Assembly: GCA_000004985.1 (NCBI GenBank)
Contig: GG738882.1
DNA from: Naegleria gruberi
Taxonomy: Eukaryota
Length of the DNA: 64,000 nt
Direction: 5' to 3' (one strand)
The notes under the pieces are model-generated. The model worked only from the letters and a program-made list of their open reading frames with translations. It had not been told where the DNA came from and did not search any database. Shown here one piece after another: positions 1 to 10,446 of the stretch (position 1 is its first letter; every line of letters starts with the position of its first letter). Both the position numbers and the translations under genes were made by a program.

Positions 1-1165
1 CAACAGTAATAGATGTTACATTCAAATTTTGAATGAATGCAATAAAATTTTGATGTGTTACTGGCTTGAGTGTTGCAACCTTGTCAAGGAGTTGCTCAAT
101 AGACTCTTCCTTTTGCTTCAATTCTAGAAACCTTTGGAAACGATCACATTTTAGAAATAAGGGAAAACACAACTCCTTCAGTGTATAGGTCACGCATGCT
201 TCTATTTCATTGAATACATTGAAATAATCTCTAAAAAACTCATCCACCGAAATGGAGTCTACATTAGAAATATGAGTGCAAACATTAATAGACGGAATAT
301 CATTATCTTCACAAATTAAATCCCCCACAAACAAATCGCCTTCATCAATAGAAGTACGTCCTCTATCACTCGTTGAAACGTCAATAGCAGTTGCATTAGA
401 ATCTCCTCTTTTTCTACTGCTTTCCAATGCTTGAGAAGGAACAGAGGAAGTTGATACATTACTATTGTTTCTACTCCTTGAAGCTTCAATCAGAGAAGTG
501 GCTAGCTTTGTAACATCCTTAGGAGTTGATGAAAGAGAGACTCTCCGTGGACACACGTATTCATTGTCATCATTTACAAGTCTAGAAAAGATTTGTATTG
601 ACTTTTCTCTAATTGAGTGAGGTACATCAAGAAGAGTATCCTGATTCTTCCAATTTCCATCATTGATATAATCATTGTAAATTTCAATAGCAAAGTTTAG
701 TTTGTTTGTGTTGGACTTTTTAATTTTCATCCATCCAATCTTCTCCAAACAATAATAATAATTAGAAGGTAGTGTATGATATTTGGATTCTCCGTAGGAA
801 GATTGTGATAATGAAACCTTTCCCTTTGTATTCAGACTTGTTGTACCACTACCAGTACTACAAATATCCTCATCATCATCAAGATTACTATCCATTCGGT
901 GGGCCATCATTGATAAACTCTCACTCGTTAAATCATTCCTCAAATATTCAACAAAACAAGTTTTAGTTTCCTCCTCATCCAAAACATCCTCAAACGAAAA
1001 TACATAATCATTGACATTAAAAGTCAAGAGTGGTTGTGATTTTTCATCGGCTGATGAGACTGAACTGCTTCGTCTACCTGCTCCTCCTGATGAAGAAGCA
1101 ACTTCAAAGTTTTCCTTGGTACCACTCCTTGATGAACTGCTCGCTCCATACAATGATGATGACAT
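1..1165 (-). CDS. RGS (regulator of G-protein signalling) domain protein, 5' part; gene continues beyond window start
   Basis: Minus-strand translation from ATG (plus 1163-1165) gives MSSSLYGASSS... with RGS-like helices (FSFEDVLDEEETKTCFVEYLRNDLTSESLSMMAHRM; NFAIEIYNDYINDGNWKNQDTLLDVP; FFRDYFNVFNEIEACVTYTLKELCFPLFLKCDRFQRFLEL). Open frame runs to position 1. The track ORFs 772..966 and 1011..1262 on the plus strand are antisense noise. Confidence 0.5.
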   Translation of the reverse strand, partial: MSSSLYGASSSSRSGTKENFEVASSSGGAGRRSSSVSSADEKSQPLLTFNVNDYVFSFEDVLDEEETKTCFVEYLRNDLTSESLSMMAHRMDSNLDDDEDICSTGSGTTSLNTKGKVSLSQSSYGESKYHTLPSNYYYCLEKIGWMKIKKSNTNKLNFAIEIYNDYINDGNWKNQDTLLDVPHSIREKSIQIFSRLVNDDNEYVCPRRVSLSSTPKDVTKLATSLIEASRSRNNSNVSTSSVPSQALESSRKRGDSNATAIDVSTSDRGRTSIDEGDLFVGDLICEDNDIPSINVCTHISNVDSISVDEFFRDYFNVFNEIEACVTYTLKELCFPLFLKCDRFQRFLELKQKEESIEQLLDKVATLKPVTHQNFIAFIQNLNVTSITV

Positions 1166-1419
1166 GTTTTTTGTGATTAGTAATGATGATTCCATCTCCA
1201 CTCATCAAGTGTTTTTCCTTATGAGCATCCATGAATCTTTTGGAAGAAGATATGTTGAATAAAGCAAGTAATATTCATTATTCAGAAAATATATTCCTAA
1301 CATTTTCATTCTCACCATGAACGGATTAAAGTAGGCCAATTAGTTGTTCGTCGACAACAATAATAATCTTCACATGCTGGTTGTATATTAACACCTAATA
1401 ATTTTCTTTTTTTAAAAAA

Positions 1420-1953
1420 ATGAAACTCTTGTCAATTATGTTGTTGGTGCTCTTGATGAGTACTCTTGTTGTTGTTTTTGGACAACAATCAAATATTAAT
1501 AATTCAACAGGTGTTGGCATTCATGTTGATGAATTGGTTGAATATTATTTAGGAGATCCATCCGATCGTCTCTCAAAGGAAGCAAAAATTTTAACTCCTC
1601 TTGATGAACGTTGTGTAGGCACACAAAAATCATGGACAACAGCTTCTATCTTGTCATTGATTCTAGGAGGTCTAGGAATTGATAGATTATATATTGGACA
1701 TGTAGGAATTGGTCTTTTAAAATTGTTTCTTGGTTTGGCCTTGTTTGGATTTTCCATCTTCAGATGCTGCTTTACCTTTGCTTTTGATACCCAAAAATTC
1801 AATAGAAAGAACAGTATGATGTGGTTGAGTTTTGTTAGCTTGGTGACAATATTCTCATTTGTTCAATTCTTATTGTGGATAATTGATTTGGTTCGTATCA
1901 TGACCAACTCTGTATTGGACGGAAACAATTGTCCCCTCAGTTACTCTAGCTAG
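1420..1953 (+). CDS. TM2-domain membrane protein with N-terminal signal peptide
   Basis: ATG at 1420. Hydrophobic N-terminus. Motif SWTTASILSLILGGLGIDRLYIGHVGIGLLKLFLGLALFG matches the TM2 domain signature (two TM helices around a G-x-DRFYLG-like motif). Confidence 0.65.
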   Translation: MKLLSIMLLVLLMSTLVVVFGQQSNINNSTGVGIHVDELVEYYLGDPSDRLSKEAKILTPLDERCVGTQKSWTTASILSLILGGLGIDRLYIGHVGIGLLKLFLGLALFGFSIFRCCFTFAFDTQKFNRKNSMMWLSFVSLVTIFSFVQFLLWIIDLVRIMTNSVLDGNNCPLSYSS

Positions 1954-2221
1954 GAATTTTGAATCTTACATTCCAATAGAACATGAAAAGACAAAGGAAG
2001 TCCAACTCCAATGGATGCACAAATTACAAATTATTGTTTGTAATTTATAATTTATTCGTACGTGGAGTTGAAAAGTTTAACCTCAATATTTCCACTCCAA
2101 TCTCCTCGGGGCTCAGATCAGAACTGTGAAGTTCCAGCACGTATTGTAAGTGTATACAACTGTTGCAGTAAACAATTGCTCTTCAAGTTGCGTTTATACA
2201 GTAACTTGATGATGGGTGGTT

Positions 2222-3044
2222 TTATTTTACAATGAGTGAAATCTCTGAAACAACCTCATCAAAATTATCGGCTTTTCTCTGAGAAGAATCTGTTTTGAAC
2301 AGTTCGAAGGGGTGTATCTGAGCTGTACAACCATTCTCCTTAAATAAATTGTAAACCTTCTCCTGTTGATCTTTTAGCAACGTATTTCTAACTGCAAACA
2401 ACCAAATTATGTCACTGTTTACATATTGAGAAACAAGCTTGGATACGAGAGGCCAGTGTCTGATAGATTCAATTGTCCCATTTAATGAACGTGAATTTCA
2501 AATGAAATAATTCAAACAATACGTACCCTTTTCCTTCCATTTCAAGCCATCCCAATTCATCCACTACTAGGAGAATTTTCTCTCCAACTCTATTTTCCTT
2601 CATTAAGCTTTGAAGTTTCTCCTCCAATAATTGGCTAATCTGACCAAAAACTTCATTATTGAAAATCCAACGAGGTTGCTTTGGTTTCTTTGCCTTCATA
2701 TTTTCAGACATGATTGAAACTGTATCCTCAGGATTGAATTCTGGATTGAGAGTTGCCAATTTAAAAATCTTCTTCTCCTCATTCTCTCCAATTAATTTGG
2801 TAAGGAAATGAATTTCTATTGCCGTACGATGTTGTTCAATATTTACAATTTTAATTTGCTGACTATTATGAGAAGACTTTTCTTGATTCACTTGATCGCC
2901 TTGTTTCTGATCATAGATAGAAGGTTGCACAAAACCAATTACATTCACTGAGGACACCTCTCCAATAACACGTTCCAATGCTGTAGTTTTTCCAAATCCA
3001 ATTTCCCCTCCAACTAGGACGACACTATGCAATTTTTCGACCAT
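2222..3044 (-). CDS. NTPCR/THEP1-like P-loop nucleoside triphosphatase, 2 exons
   Basis: Exon 1 complement(2527..3044), exon 2 complement(2222..2387); intron 2388..2526 (GTACGT donor, TTAG acceptor). Walker A LVGGEIGFGKTT; LLVVDELGWLEMEGKG resembles the NTPCR CVIDEIGKMEL box. Spliced C-terminus ...EGKGNTLLKDQQEKVYNLFKENGCTAQIHPFEL... resembles the NTPCR tail (IRNRKDVKVFNVTKEN). Confidence 0.65.
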
Positions 3045-4251
3045 TTTTAATAATTGATTAGGATCCGATGATTCGTAATTTGAAGCCTTGCTGATTGTTG
3101 TATCGTTGCCCGATTAATGATGAAGAATCTCCCTGCCAGTGTGGTTTCAATATTTTTTTATATTTTATTAAATCATTGGAATTTTGTACAAAGGTCTCAT
3201 TTGGTTTCCAGTTTTCTATTCTTCTTCATGATGTGTAAAAGATTGAAGTGATCACATGAAGAATTATTAGAAACGAAACAAGTATTGTTCATTTAAGGAC
3301 TTTGCAAGGCATGATTGAGACTTTTAATTTGGTTTAGGCGCCCTCAGCATGCTTTGTAACAATTTGCAAGATTCAACTACTGTACGAATCTCATTCAACC
3401 TCAATGTATTTACAGTAAAATGAGAAGAAACAAAACGAAAGTATCATCCCAAAAGGAATCAACACAAAATATCAACTTATAAATAACTCATTACGTTCCG
3501 TTTCCGAGACAATAAATCATCAACACTTACTAAAATCATCTTTTTTTACAACCTAAAGTCTCTTTTAGGGTCTTCCGAATCCGAGGAATTTATTTCCTCT
3601 CCGGTTTCCTCTCCGAAATACGGAGTTCTTAACTGTAAGGCAAAGCAAGGACCACAAATAGTCGTTGAAAATCATGAGTGACCTCAGCAGGAGACAAATT
3701 ATTTGACTCGCAACACGACAAGCATTTTCTACCCTTCAAAAATAATAATCAAGCATTTTCTTCCCAACAACACAGACCCACTTCAAAATGCCGATCCACA
3801 CAGCTGTGCAAATCATACGGGCTTTGAGGTACCACGAACATTAAACACTTAGAAAAAAAACTCTCAACCGACACTCCACAAAATCCTCCTTGGACTCCTC
3901 TTCACTTCTTCAAAGGCTTTAACTCCTTTGATTTTCCAATTACCTTCCAATAACAACAACAACGAGAAGATTTTGTACACATCCAATAATTAGTGGTGCT
4001 GCATCTATTATAACGTTTGTGTCTTGACAACTGTTTAACTATATATAATTGACACAATTCTAAACTCTCTCAAGTTACTGTATCTATCTGAGAATCATTC
4101 CTTTGCAATAAGCAAAACAACAACAATCAACTACTATTATCACATTGACTCAATTGGACGTTGATCCTTTGTTTCTGAAAACTCCCTCTCTCTTGTAAAT
4201 ATATACATTACACTCACATACTTTGACAACAAACCCAGTTAGTTTGTAAAT

Positions 4252-5836
4252 ATGGTCTCAAAGAATCAAGCCAACATTGAAACAAGTGACTCTGCTTGTT
4301 CTTCACCTCAAAAGATTAAAAAGAGCAAAAAGACAAGTCAACTGACTAATTCCCCACCAAGCATTCCACTCACTCTTACCCAAGTTCTGCCAAAGCAACG
4401 TAAAGAGTACACCATCCAGCAGAAACGTGAGAAATGGAGTGATGAAGAACACGACAAGTTTATCGAAGCCATTAGGTTGCACGGCAGAGATTGGAAGAAG
4501 GTTGAAGAATTTATTGGAACCAAGACAAGAAAGCAAATTAGATCCCATGCTCAAAAGCATTTCGAAAAGATGAAAAAGACTGGTGAAGAATTTCCAGCTC
4601 CAAGAGCAAAGAAAAAGAGTTCCAAACCTTATCCATCCAAGTAAGTATATTTTTTCACATGCATTCTAATTTTATTCACAATTTATTTAAAATTCCATCC
4701 ATCCACCTTAATGAACTCTTAACAGGAAAACAAATGAGATTTACAATGCCTTGTCCAATGAACAAATTGTCTCCAACTTGAAGAACATCCCTAATGAATT
4801 TTTTGAAAAGTTGATTGCTCAACATGATGTCACTGATGCTATCCGATTGATTCACTTGTTGGTAACGACAGACTCTGCCAAGACTTTCTCTGAACAAGAA
4901 AGAGCACTCATAAAGACTATTATACACAATGCTAACATTCTTTCTGAGAAGCAAAGACAATCATCCATGAGTAGCGAGTCCACCAATCACTTGGTGTTTT
5001 TATTATCGATTTTTACTAATTTTGCTGATTTGTTTGATTCTAACGATAGGTCAAACAAGGTATCTAGTCCAACAAGCCAAGCTGCTGCTAGCACTCAATC
5101 ACCAAAACCTAAGCATGCTTCTGAAAAGAAGGAGTCAACCCCAGTTGTTAAAACAGAATCCGTTGATGATTGGAATTCCTCTGTTAATGCACTTGTTGTC
5201 GAGGAAGAGCTTGCAGATTTTAATCAAGTTCTCAACAATCAAAAGCATCAACAACAACAACACCAATTATTGCAACAACAAATGGAATCCAACCAAGCCC
5301 TCAATCCTAATGCTTTGTCTTCGATATTCCCACATCTTATGCTCATGAACTCAAAGGCAAACATGTCTACCAACCAACAAATGCCATCCACATCTACTGT
5401 CGATGTCATGAATGCAATGATGAGCTCAGATGCTGATCAATACACTCAATACTACAATGTTATTGATAATGTGAGTAGTGCCTCATCATTCTCTGGTGAG
5501 GAAAGAGATTCATTCTCACAGACCTTTGATGATGGTACTTTTGGTATGATGTCCAATCCTCACACTACTACAATGCTTAATCCAATTGCACTTTGTAATC
5601 CTATTACAGTTTGTCCACCTCAACAATTCATGTATATTCCAACCATTTTGCTTCAACAACCAGCTCCAGAGCATTTTTGTAATTTCCAAATTCCAACCAA
5701 TACCTTGTACATAGCGCAACAACCTTCGACGAATCCTCAAAATTTTGACCAATCTATCTTGTCCTTCTTTGATCAAAAGGACAATGAAGAGCAATCTGAT
5801 TCATTCAATGTAAATACCATTTTTGACACTTATTAA
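4252..5836 (+). CDS. SHAQKYF-class single-repeat Myb (SANT) transcription factor, 2 exons, long Q/N/S-rich C-terminal region
   Basis: Exon 1 4252..4640, intron 4641..4725 (GTAAGT...CAG), exon 2 4726..5836. Myb repeat KWSDEEHDKFIEAIRLHGRDWKKVEEFIGTKTRKQIRSHAQKHFEK. The track's M at 4751 is a TTG codon inside exon 2. Confidence 0.75.
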
Positions 5837-6244
5837 AGTACTTGTAAATATTCCCATTTCTAATAATTATTCATGTGTTCCATTCTTATTTTTCAACTTC
5901 ATCAATCTTAGTTTCCATCATTACTTGAACTGTCTCTCAACCAATTTCCCAATGGTTGTGTTCTGTAACTTGGTAAATGGGAAAGACACAGGAAAGACCT
6001 GTCATGCCATTTGTTTTTAATTTGATTTGTTTGAGAATCTTTGAGATTTATTTAAATGGGGATAGGAAAAATCGAACCGAAAAATCATTCCGTAGATTAC
6101 AAAACTTACAAAAAATCTATTTGAAATCCCAGCCAATTCAGAAAGTCTTCTTTTTCAATTAGAAAAACATCCATTTTCGTATTAAAAGAAGGAAAATTAG
6201 AGAAAAATTCTTGATTTTTTACCACTTCAAATTATTGAATGAAT

Positions 6245-6796
6245 TTACATCATTGCCATGTACTTTTTAACATCTTGTAAATAGGTTGTATAATATTCAA
6301 TATAGCCAGTCCATTCATGCCACAATCGAACCACAGGTGTATTCAATCCAGTAATCATTTCTCTGTGAACCAATTTGGTATTTCTCTTATCCAAATCCTC
6401 AGCAACCACAAAGTAATGATCCCCACTGAAAATATACTTGTGTACCATGACTCCAACCCATCCAAATTGATATGGATATTGCTTTGGAGACCAATGAGAA
6501 AGAACAACATCAGTTTTACCCAATTTTTCCAAATCCACTTTAAACTTGGTTTTTCCAACTATCATACTGTTTGTTGGAGCATTGGCAGGATCAATTTCAT
6601 ACAATCCTTTCACCATTCCGAGAGGATAATTCCTCTTATCAATAATATATTTAAATACTTGATCAGGTGTTTTGTTTTCAATCACTATTGAACGATCGAT
6701 CAGGAATGATAATTTAAAATCATTATGGTACAATGCATAGGAATAGAAAAGTCCCCAAGCTGCAGCCAAACTAATAGCAATCTCCTTGTAGTACAT
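6245..6796 (-). CDS. hypothetical protein with N-terminal hydrophobic anchor
   Basis: 183-aa ORF with ATG start (rc of 6794-6796). No family recognised. Confidence 0.35.
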   Translation of the reverse strand: MYYKEIAISLAAAWGLFYSYALYHNDFKLSFLIDRSIVIENKTPDQVFKYIIDKRNYPLGMVKGLYEIDPANAPTNSMIVGKTKFKVDLEKLGKTDVVLSHWSPKQYPYQFGWVGVMVHKYIFSGDHYFVVAEDLDKRNTKLVHREMITGLNTPVVRLWHEWTGYIEYYTTYLQDVKKYMAMM

Positions 6797-7162
6797 TTTT
6801 TAATTAAATTGAAATATGATGATTCTTCGACTGGCGATGCTGATGAAATATTGCGAGTCAATCAAAATGCTGTATGGAATGAAACTTCCTCTTCAATTTG
6901 AACTCGGATATGAAATAGCTTCAGCCACAATATTGAATTTAAATTGATTAACAATAACCCATGCAAATTTACACCAAAAACTAGAATATTCGATGAGAAT
7001 TTTTATTTTGTTTTGAATTTTAAAAAAATGTTCGTTAGATAGCGCGGCAATTTGTTGCTAGTATTCAATTATGCTTCTTGAATCATCAAGTGGAGACACA
7101 ATTAATAGGAAAATCACATAAAACATAAAACATCACATGACTGCAAAAACAATTAGAACAAG

Positions 7163-8272
7163 ATGAAGATAGGCTACGTTGGTATGAATAGGGCACTCAA
7201 ATTAACAACCTCCAATACAACCCGATTGAATAATGTTTCTCCAAAGAAGATTAAAGAAAAATTGCTAGTTAATATTGATCACTTGAAAAAGATGCTCAAG
7301 TGGAATGTTCAGAAGAATTTGCTCTTCTTTAGAATTGGAAGTGAATTTGTGCCATTTGCTAGTCATGAAAAGGTTCGGGATGAAGAATTCAAGCAAGAAT
7401 TTAATTGGATTGAGGAATGCGAAGATGATCTAAAGGAGATTGGAAAGTTTGTAAAGGAAAATAATATTAGAATTAGCATGCACCCTGATCAATTTGTATT
7501 GATTAATTCACCTGATATGGAAATATTCAATAGATCCTATGAAGAATTGAACTATCACGCTCAATTGATGAATACTATGGGATTAGATACCACTCATAAA
7601 TTCCAAATACATTTGGGTGGAAAGTATGATGACAAGAGAAAGTCAATGCAAAGATTTGTTGATCGATACAAGAATAATTTGAATGATGCTATCAGGGCTC
7701 GATGTGTATTGGAAAATGATGATAGAATTTATAGTTTGGAAGATGTGTATTGGATACATCAACAATGTGGCATTCCAATTCTCTTTGATACATTGCATCA
7801 TGAATGTTTGAATTCAAATGGTGACTCTTTAGAAGTGGCATTCAAGAAAGCTGCTAGTACTTGGGATCCGGTTAAGGATGGTGTTCCTCTTATTGACTAT
7901 TCAGATCAAGAACCAGGTGCACGTATTGGAAATCATAGAAAGAGCATTGAATTGAAGCATTTCAAGAAGGTAATTTGTGACAAGTTAATGAAATGCAAGA
8001 ACGATGATGGAGAATTTATTGAATTTGATGTCATGTTGGAAATCAAGGATAAGGACGCTAGTGCCATTAAGATCTTACCAGTCTTTTTAAAAGGTGTTGA
8101 GGATAGAGAAAAGGATCCAGAACCAACTGAGGATGACAATCAAGAAGATTTAAAAGTCCAAGTATTAGAGGAAGATGAGGACGAAGCAGTATCGAGTGAG
8201 GAAGAAAAACCAAAGAAGAGAAAGAAGGCACCAACCAAGAAGGCATCCACTACCAAGAGAAAGAAAAAATAA
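7163..8272 (+). CDS. UV-damage endonuclease (UVDE/UvsE/Uve1 family)
   Basis: Single exon, ATG at 7163. Matches UVDE hallmarks: N-terminal MKIGYVGMN, FRIGSEFVPFASH, ISMHPDQFVLINSP, IHLGGKYDDK, VLENDDRIY, FDTLHH, VMLEIKDKD (compare Thermus/Bacillus/S. pombe UVDE blocks MIRLGY, FRIG..IPFASH, SMHPGQY, LHLGG, LENDER, DTLHH, VMVEAK). C-terminal acidic then K/R-rich tail (KKRKKAPTKKASTTKRKKK) looks like an NLS. Confidence 0.9.
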   Translation: MKIGYVGMNRALKLTTSNTTRLNNVSPKKIKEKLLVNIDHLKKMLKWNVQKNLLFFRIGSEFVPFASHEKVRDEEFKQEFNWIEECEDDLKEIGKFVKENNIRISMHPDQFVLINSPDMEIFNRSYEELNYHAQLMNTMGLDTTHKFQIHLGGKYDDKRKSMQRFVDRYKNNLNDAIRARCVLENDDRIYSLEDVYWIHQQCGIPILFDTLHHECLNSNGDSLEVAFKKAASTWDPVKDGVPLIDYSDQEPGARIGNHRKSIELKHFKKVICDKLMKCKNDDGEFIEFDVMLEIKDKDASAIKILPVFLKGVEDREKDPEPTEDDNQEDLKVQVLEEDEDEAVSSEEEKPKKRKKAPTKKASTTKRKKK

Positions 8273-8400
8273 ACCAACACTCAATATTTCAATAACAAGG
8301 ATTTCTCACGTTCTTATTTGGTGGTTGTGTAAAGATAGGGGTGTTTGACATGATATGGACACGATGCCCTTTTGATCTGTTGAGTGAACCGACAGAAAAA

Positions 8401-10131
8401 ATGCAAACAACGATTCTTATTCACCTTCTGCTGACATTTCTATGTTTCAATCTTGTGAGACAAACAAGAGCAGCATTCCAGTATAATAACTCACTCACAC
8501 AAGTTCTTCATCCAACACAGGAATGTCTACTAAATCCACCTGTTAATAATTTCTATTATTCATTCCTGTACACAATTGACTCACCACTACAGGATTATTG
8601 TGGAATGAATTATAGTGAATCATGCTCCTCGATTTGTGGAAATACCATCATTATGAATGTCAAGTCAACATCAAATCTTGATGAAATGACAGGATTGATT
8701 AATTATTGTTTGTATTGTGATAGTTCAGAGTCTTTGGAATTTAGGAAGAAATTGGTGGACGGAGAATGTGCTAGTTTTGCAATAGGAAATGCAAATGTTG
8801 GACCGAAACTATACGAAATGATGGAATATCACTGTGGAGAAAATAACATTCCTTTGGTTGATCTGAGTTTCGTCAATACGGATTATTTTAGTCGAAATCT
8901 CTACACATCCAAGAATAGTACTCTTGATTGGAAAACGATTATTTCTCTCTTTTTTTCCAAATATTACCCTTCATCACAATATTCGAAACCTCCACCATTG
9001 GAAATTCCTGTGCTTTGTTGGTGTAATTATCAAAATGCAGATTCTCAAACATTCTCCCACCAATGCTTTGATGTGAATTCCAACTTTCTAATGTACAGCT
9101 ATAGAGTAAGTCCTCTCATTCTGACAATAGTTTTCTTTCTGCTATTCATTCTTCATTTCATCTTTCTGGTAATTCCTAAATTTACAGAGAGAATCATCAA
9201 GCTCAAGAAGGCCCTCTCATTTGACCACGAATTCAAACCAACCTCCTTCAAAATCAAATACACCATCCTCCATTTCATTCACATTTCCATTCATCCACCA
9301 GTTTTATTTTCCATTACTTTGTTTTTACCATTCATTGAGAATTTGATCAGAGTTTTGAGTAATTATGCATTTTTCTATTCATATTATATGAATTATTTTG
9401 TTGGGATATTTAGAGGATTGGGAGGATTGTGTGGATTGTGTGCGTATAGTTCTTTAGTCATATTGTGGTCTCACTCAATTGACTTGGCGAATACGAAGAA
9501 GGAACAACCAATGTTTCTTTCAAAGATTAATATGGTCATTCTGGGATTGGTATATATTGGAGTGGCCATTACACTGATTACACTATTTGCTCTCTTTCTT
9601 ACCATTGATCAAAATAGTGCCTATATAGTTGTGTCAGTTTCGGCTCTCATTTACACATTGAGTTTCGTATTGGGATTTATAATATACGGCTTTAAAATGA
9701 TTCACAAACTCAGAGCTAGTAATATTTGGGAGTACAAATTTACCAAATTCATACTTTCCATCTCAATCATCTCCACAATAGTTTGGATATTATCAATCCT
9801 AATCTTTATCACTTACTCATTTGGATTTGACATTTTTGGAAATTTCTTTGGAAATGCAAGAAATATCATTTTGGATTTATGTATAATTTCAATGACCATT
9901 CTCTCCTCCTACATTACTATCAATGAGGAGGGTTTCAAGAGATTATATGGTGAGAAAGTGTATCTCTTGATTAGTCTTTCATGTTTCTCATTGAAGAATC
10001 ATGATTCAAAGACTGGTACAATGATGAATTCGAATAATTATTTGAATACTGCTGGTGGAAACAATAGAAATAAGGAAGATTTCAAAACGAGTCAGGAATT
10101 GGAATCAAAAGAAGTAATCGATCAAGTCTAG
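8401..10131 (+). CDS. seven-transmembrane receptor-like membrane protein with signal peptide and Cys-rich N-terminal ectodomain
   Basis: Track ORF 8341..10131 starts at GTG. First plausible ATG at 8401 gives the signal-peptide-like MQTTILIHLLLTFLCFNLV. About 230 aa Cys-rich region, then seven hydrophobic segments (about residues 260-540). No specific family recognised. Confidence 0.4.
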   Translation: MQTTILIHLLLTFLCFNLVRQTRAAFQYNNSLTQVLHPTQECLLNPPVNNFYYSFLYTIDSPLQDYCGMNYSESCSSICGNTIIMNVKSTSNLDEMTGLINYCLYCDSSESLEFRKKLVDGECASFAIGNANVGPKLYEMMEYHCGENNIPLVDLSFVNTDYFSRNLYTSKNSTLDWKTIISLFFSKYYPSSQYSKPPPLEIPVLCWCNYQNADSQTFSHQCFDVNSNFLMYSYRVSPLILTIVFFLLFILHFIFLVIPKFTERIIKLKKALSFDHEFKPTSFKIKYTILHFIHISIHPPVLFSITLFLPFIENLIRVLSNYAFFYSYYMNYFVGIFRGLGGLCGLCAYSSLVILWSHSIDLANTKKEQPMFLSKINMVILGLVYIGVAITLITLFALFLTIDQNSAYIVVSVSALIYTLSFVLGFIIYGFKMIHKLRASNIWEYKFTKFILSISIISTIVWILSILIFITYSFGFDIFGNFFGNARNIILDLCIISMTILSSYITINEEGFKRLYGEKVYLLISLSCFSLKNHDSKTGTMMNSNNYLNTAGGNNRNKEDFKTSQELESKEVIDQV

Positions 10132-10446
10132 CACTTTTACTAACTTTGACTTGTTGAACAATGAAAAAGGATGAAATTATTATTGGAAACTACAATAATT
10201 GTAAAGGTCAATTAGAAAGATAATTGAATATTTAACATGCCTTCCATTGAAATGAGTACTTGGTATAGAATTACAACATTCCATCCAATGGAAAGATTAG
10301 TTTAAAAATAATTCTAATCTCATTGAGGTCGTACTTGGCAATATCAATTAAATTAGTGATTACATGACTATTGTGGCGTCTTTTTTTATTCCCAATAAAG
10401 CTAACGCTCCAATGTAACGAAACCTTTCGTGTAATTCAAAAAAAAA

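Noticed and set aside
1011-1262. Track ORFs 772..966(+), 1011..1262(+), 1545..1802(-), 4303..4560(-), 5022..5348(+), 6317..6691(+), 18297..18509(-), 39586..39999(+), 41576..41890(+), 57050..57501(+) and similar
   Set aside because: All lie antisense to or out of frame within much longer, domain-bearing ORFs or exons and have low-complexity translations. Treated as noise.
4252-5836. Naming the SHAQKYF Myb as a circadian CCA1/LHY/RVE ortholog
   Set aside because: Only the single Myb repeat is conserved. The rest is low-complexity Q/N/S-rich sequence, and this Myb class is widespread beyond plants. Family-level call only.
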